Assembly: GCA_964355175.1 (NCBI GenBank)
Contig: CAYHBZ010000002.1
Span: 396,537 to 460,536, forward strand
Length of the DNA stretch: 64,000 bases
DNA from: an uncultured Gammaproteobacteria bacterium
GTDB lineage: Bacteria; Patescibacteriota; Patescibacteriia; Magasanikbacterales; GWA2-37-8
Direction of reading: 5' to 3'
Shown: piece after piece, positions 62,091 through 64,000 of the stretch
How the letters are laid out: every line of letters begins with the position of its first letter
How positions within the stretch are numbered: position 1 is the stretch's first letter
Made by a program: the position numbers and the translations under genes
Notes under the pieces: model-generated
What the model was told of the DNA's origin: nothing
What the model saw: only the letters and a program-made list of their open reading frames with translations
Databases searched by the model: none

Positions 62091-62702
62091 ATGAAACAAG
62101 AAATTCGTTTTATTGAAACTATACCGGACGAAACTATTACCTTGGCTCCCAAGGCTGATTTAGTTTTGGTAGCACTGGTGACTAAAGGTTGGGAAGGTAC
62201 GCGTGAATTTAAAGTAGATGCTTCCGGGGAGGGAAGTATCTTTAGAGGAATATTTTTTGTGCTGGGAGAAAAGAGTGATTCCTTTTTGTTAAACATTACC
62301 ACTATTCATAGTGCCAACGATACTCTGATTCATACCCGCATGCGCGCGGCTCTCACCGATAGCGCGGTTTGTAATGTGTCGGGTGTAGCTAAAGTACAAG
62401 AAAAAATAATTGGCGCTGATTCGTATTTCTCTCACCATACATTATTGCTCTCGGGAAATTGCTCCGCTAAAGCGGCACCAAATTTGGAAATAAAAAGTGA
62501 TAGTGTAAAAGCCGGACATGCCGCCAGTGTGGGTAAAGTAGATGAAGAAGCTTTGTTCTATTTATTATCTCGTGGTATTAGCCGGAAAGACGCGAAAGCA
62601 TTATTGGTGCAAGGATTTTTTGAAACTGAAATGAGTGAGATTGAAGATGAATATATTAAAAGCGCTATTCGCGAAGCTCTCACTAAATTTCTTTTTAAAT
62701 AA
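62091..62702 (+). CDS. sufD: short SufD-like protein
   Basis: HAASVGKVDEEALFYLLSRGI motif; only about 200 aa; position between sufB and sufS. Confidence 0.6.
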   Translation: MKQEIRFIETIPDETITLAPKADLVLVALVTKGWEGTREFKVDASGEGSIFRGIFFVLGEKSDSFLLNITTIHSANDTLIHTRMRAALTDSAVCNVSGVAKVQEKIIGADSYFSHHTLLLSGNCSAKAAPNLEIKSDSVKAGHAASVGKVDEEALFYLLSRGISRKDAKALLVQGFFETEMSEIEDEYIKSAIREALTKFLFK

Positions 62703-62704
62703 TT

Positions 62705-63925
62705 ATGCCTCTCAATATCCAAAAAGATTTTCCAATTCTCAAACGCCGCATCAATGGCAAACGATTGGTGTATTTGGATAACGCCGCTACTTCTCAAAAA
62801 CCAAAAGTAGTTTTGGATGCTTTACAAAATTTTTATACTACGATGAATGCCAATATTCATCGCGGTGTGCATACATTGTCCGAAGAATCCACGGCCGCCT
62901 ACGAAGCGGTGCGTGAAAAAACTGCCAAATTTATCGGCGCTAAATCTGCCGGTGAAGTTGTATTTACCAAAAACGCGACCGAATCTATCAATTGTGTGGC
63001 CGTCAGCTGGGCCAAGAAAAATATTAGAAAAAGGGACGAGGTAATCGTGAGTGCGCTGGAGCACCATGCGAATCTAGTGCCGTGGCAAGAACTTTGCCGT
63101 GAAACTGGAGCGGTGCTAAAAATCATTCCATTGACCGAAGATTTTTTATTGGATATCGAAGGATTTCAAAAATTATTAAACCTCAATACTAAATTGGTTT
63201 GTGTCGCCGGTATGTCCAATGTTACCGGCAGTATTGTGCCAATAAAAGAAATTATTGAACTATCCCATGTTGTAGGAGCAAAAGTTCTAGTAGATGCTTC
63301 TCAAAGTATCGTGCATAGCGCGGTAAATGTGCAAAATATTGGTTGTGATTTCTTAGTTTTTTCTTCTCATAAAATGCTCGGCCCGATGGGAGTGGGTGTT
63401 TTATATATTAAAGAAAGTTTGATTGCCGCAATGGATCCGTATATGTACGGTGGTGATATGATTGAAACCGTAGATCAATATACTTCCAAATATAAAACTG
63501 ATTATTCCAAATTTGAAGCTGGTACACAAAATGTGGCGGATGTGATTGCTTTTGGTGCGGCTTTAGATTATCTTAAAAAAATTGGTATGAGCGCGATTGA
63601 AAAGCATGATCGTGAATTGCTTGTTTACGCCAAAACTCAATTTAGTAAATTTAAACAAGTAAAATTATTTAGTCCAAAAAATATTAAAAATTGCGGACCA
63701 GTATTATCGTTTGTAGTAGCTGGTGTGCATCCGCATGATATTGCTAGTGTATTTGATAGCGAAGGCGTGGCGATTCGTGCCGGTTTTCACTGTGCGGAGC
63801 CGCTAGTGCGTCGCTTGGGCGTGGCTTCTACTGCCAGAATGAGTTTTTATCTGTATAATACCAAAGCGGATGTCGATGTGGCCATGAAAGCTCTGCAAAA
63901 AACTCTTAAGATTTTTAAGGTTTAA
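62705..63925 (+). CDS. sufS: cysteine desulfurase, SufS type
   Basis: HKMLGP PLP-Lys motif and RAGFHCA active-site Cys region. Confidence 0.9.
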   Translation: MPLNIQKDFPILKRRINGKRLVYLDNAATSQKPKVVLDALQNFYTTMNANIHRGVHTLSEESTAAYEAVREKTAKFIGAKSAGEVVFTKNATESINCVAVSWAKKNIRKRDEVIVSALEHHANLVPWQELCRETGAVLKIIPLTEDFLLDIEGFQKLLNLNTKLVCVAGMSNVTGSIVPIKEIIELSHVVGAKVLVDASQSIVHSAVNVQNIGCDFLVFSSHKMLGPMGVGVLYIKESLIAAMDPYMYGGDMIETVDQYTSKYKTDYSKFEAGTQNVADVIAFGAALDYLKKIGMSAIEKHDRELLVYAKTQFSKFKQVKLFSPKNIKNCGPVLSFVVAGVHPHDIASVFDSEGVAIRAGFHCAEPLVRRLGVASTARMSFYLYNTKADVDVAMKALQKTLKIFKV

Positions 63926-63930
63926 TTGAT

Positions 63931-64000
63931 ATGGATCTTTATTCCGAAAATATTTTGGATCATTATCAAAATCCGCACAACAGCGGTGAAATTAGCGATC
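63931..64000 (+). CDS. sufU: SufU/IscU-like scaffold, 3'-truncated by window edge
   Basis: MDLYSENILDHYQNPHNSG N-terminus typical of SufU/NifU-like proteins. Confidence 0.6.
   Translation, partial: MDLYSENILDHYQNPHNSGEISD

Noticed and set aside
1-64000. CRISPR arrays, rRNA genes, prophage, integrase or transposase genes, and alternative genetic code
   Set aside because: I saw no regularly spaced direct repeats and no rRNA-like segments. I recognised no recombinase or phage structural motifs in any ORF. Host ORFs are long and intact under the standard code, with no in-frame TGA problem.

Overview
The window is an AT-rich chromosome segment (about 35-40% G+C in the lines I sampled). Its compact gene content looks like Patescibacteria/CPR, which is inference only. 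Recognisable genes include mraY-murF-PBP, murB, an Mpl/MurC-type ligase, gpsA, rlmN, a P-type ATPase, transketolase, hpf, HU, gatCA, lgt, tsaE, rarA and trhO-sufCBDSU. There is also a surface-glycan cluster, a sortase with an ice-binding-like substrate, a 1658-aa giant protein, tRNA-Glu(CUC) and tRNA-Ser(GGA). The main anomaly is ten single-gene cassettes of foreign composition (about 60-65% G+C with strong GC3 periodicity), sitting at four intergenic loci: 7.9-12.3 kb, 18.1-20.2 kb, 33.9-34.4 kb and 56.3-58.9 kb. Each cassette has an AT-rich sigma70-like promoter, a hairpin-containing 5' leader, a strong Shine-Dalgarno sequence and a long hairpin terminator. The host genes I checked have no Shine-Dalgarno sequence. 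Eight of the ten products match no family I recognise. The products are bitopic or secreted envelope proteins, a Cys-rich repeat lipoprotein, and small soluble proteins, two of which share a RanBP2-like zinc-ribbon tail. Three cassettes (57.1-58.9 kb) end in a conserved 3' module. In it, the stop codon is embedded in an SD, followed by an 8-9 codon mini-ORF ending in a proline arrest-type motif (MRIRAPPP, MHYSTGPP, MVSIRAPPR). Mutually exclusive hairpins then lead into the terminator, which looks like a translation-arrest-controlled attenuator. Other repeat families are a 12-nt GTTCTTTACAAT box, a ~115-nt structured 3' repeat, GC-cored palindromic intergenic elements with compensatory substitutions, and a GTCATYCCGA REP-like element that also contributes coding sequence. 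I saw no CRISPR array, rRNA, integrase or transposase. All structures and similarities were judged by eye, and no database search was possible.
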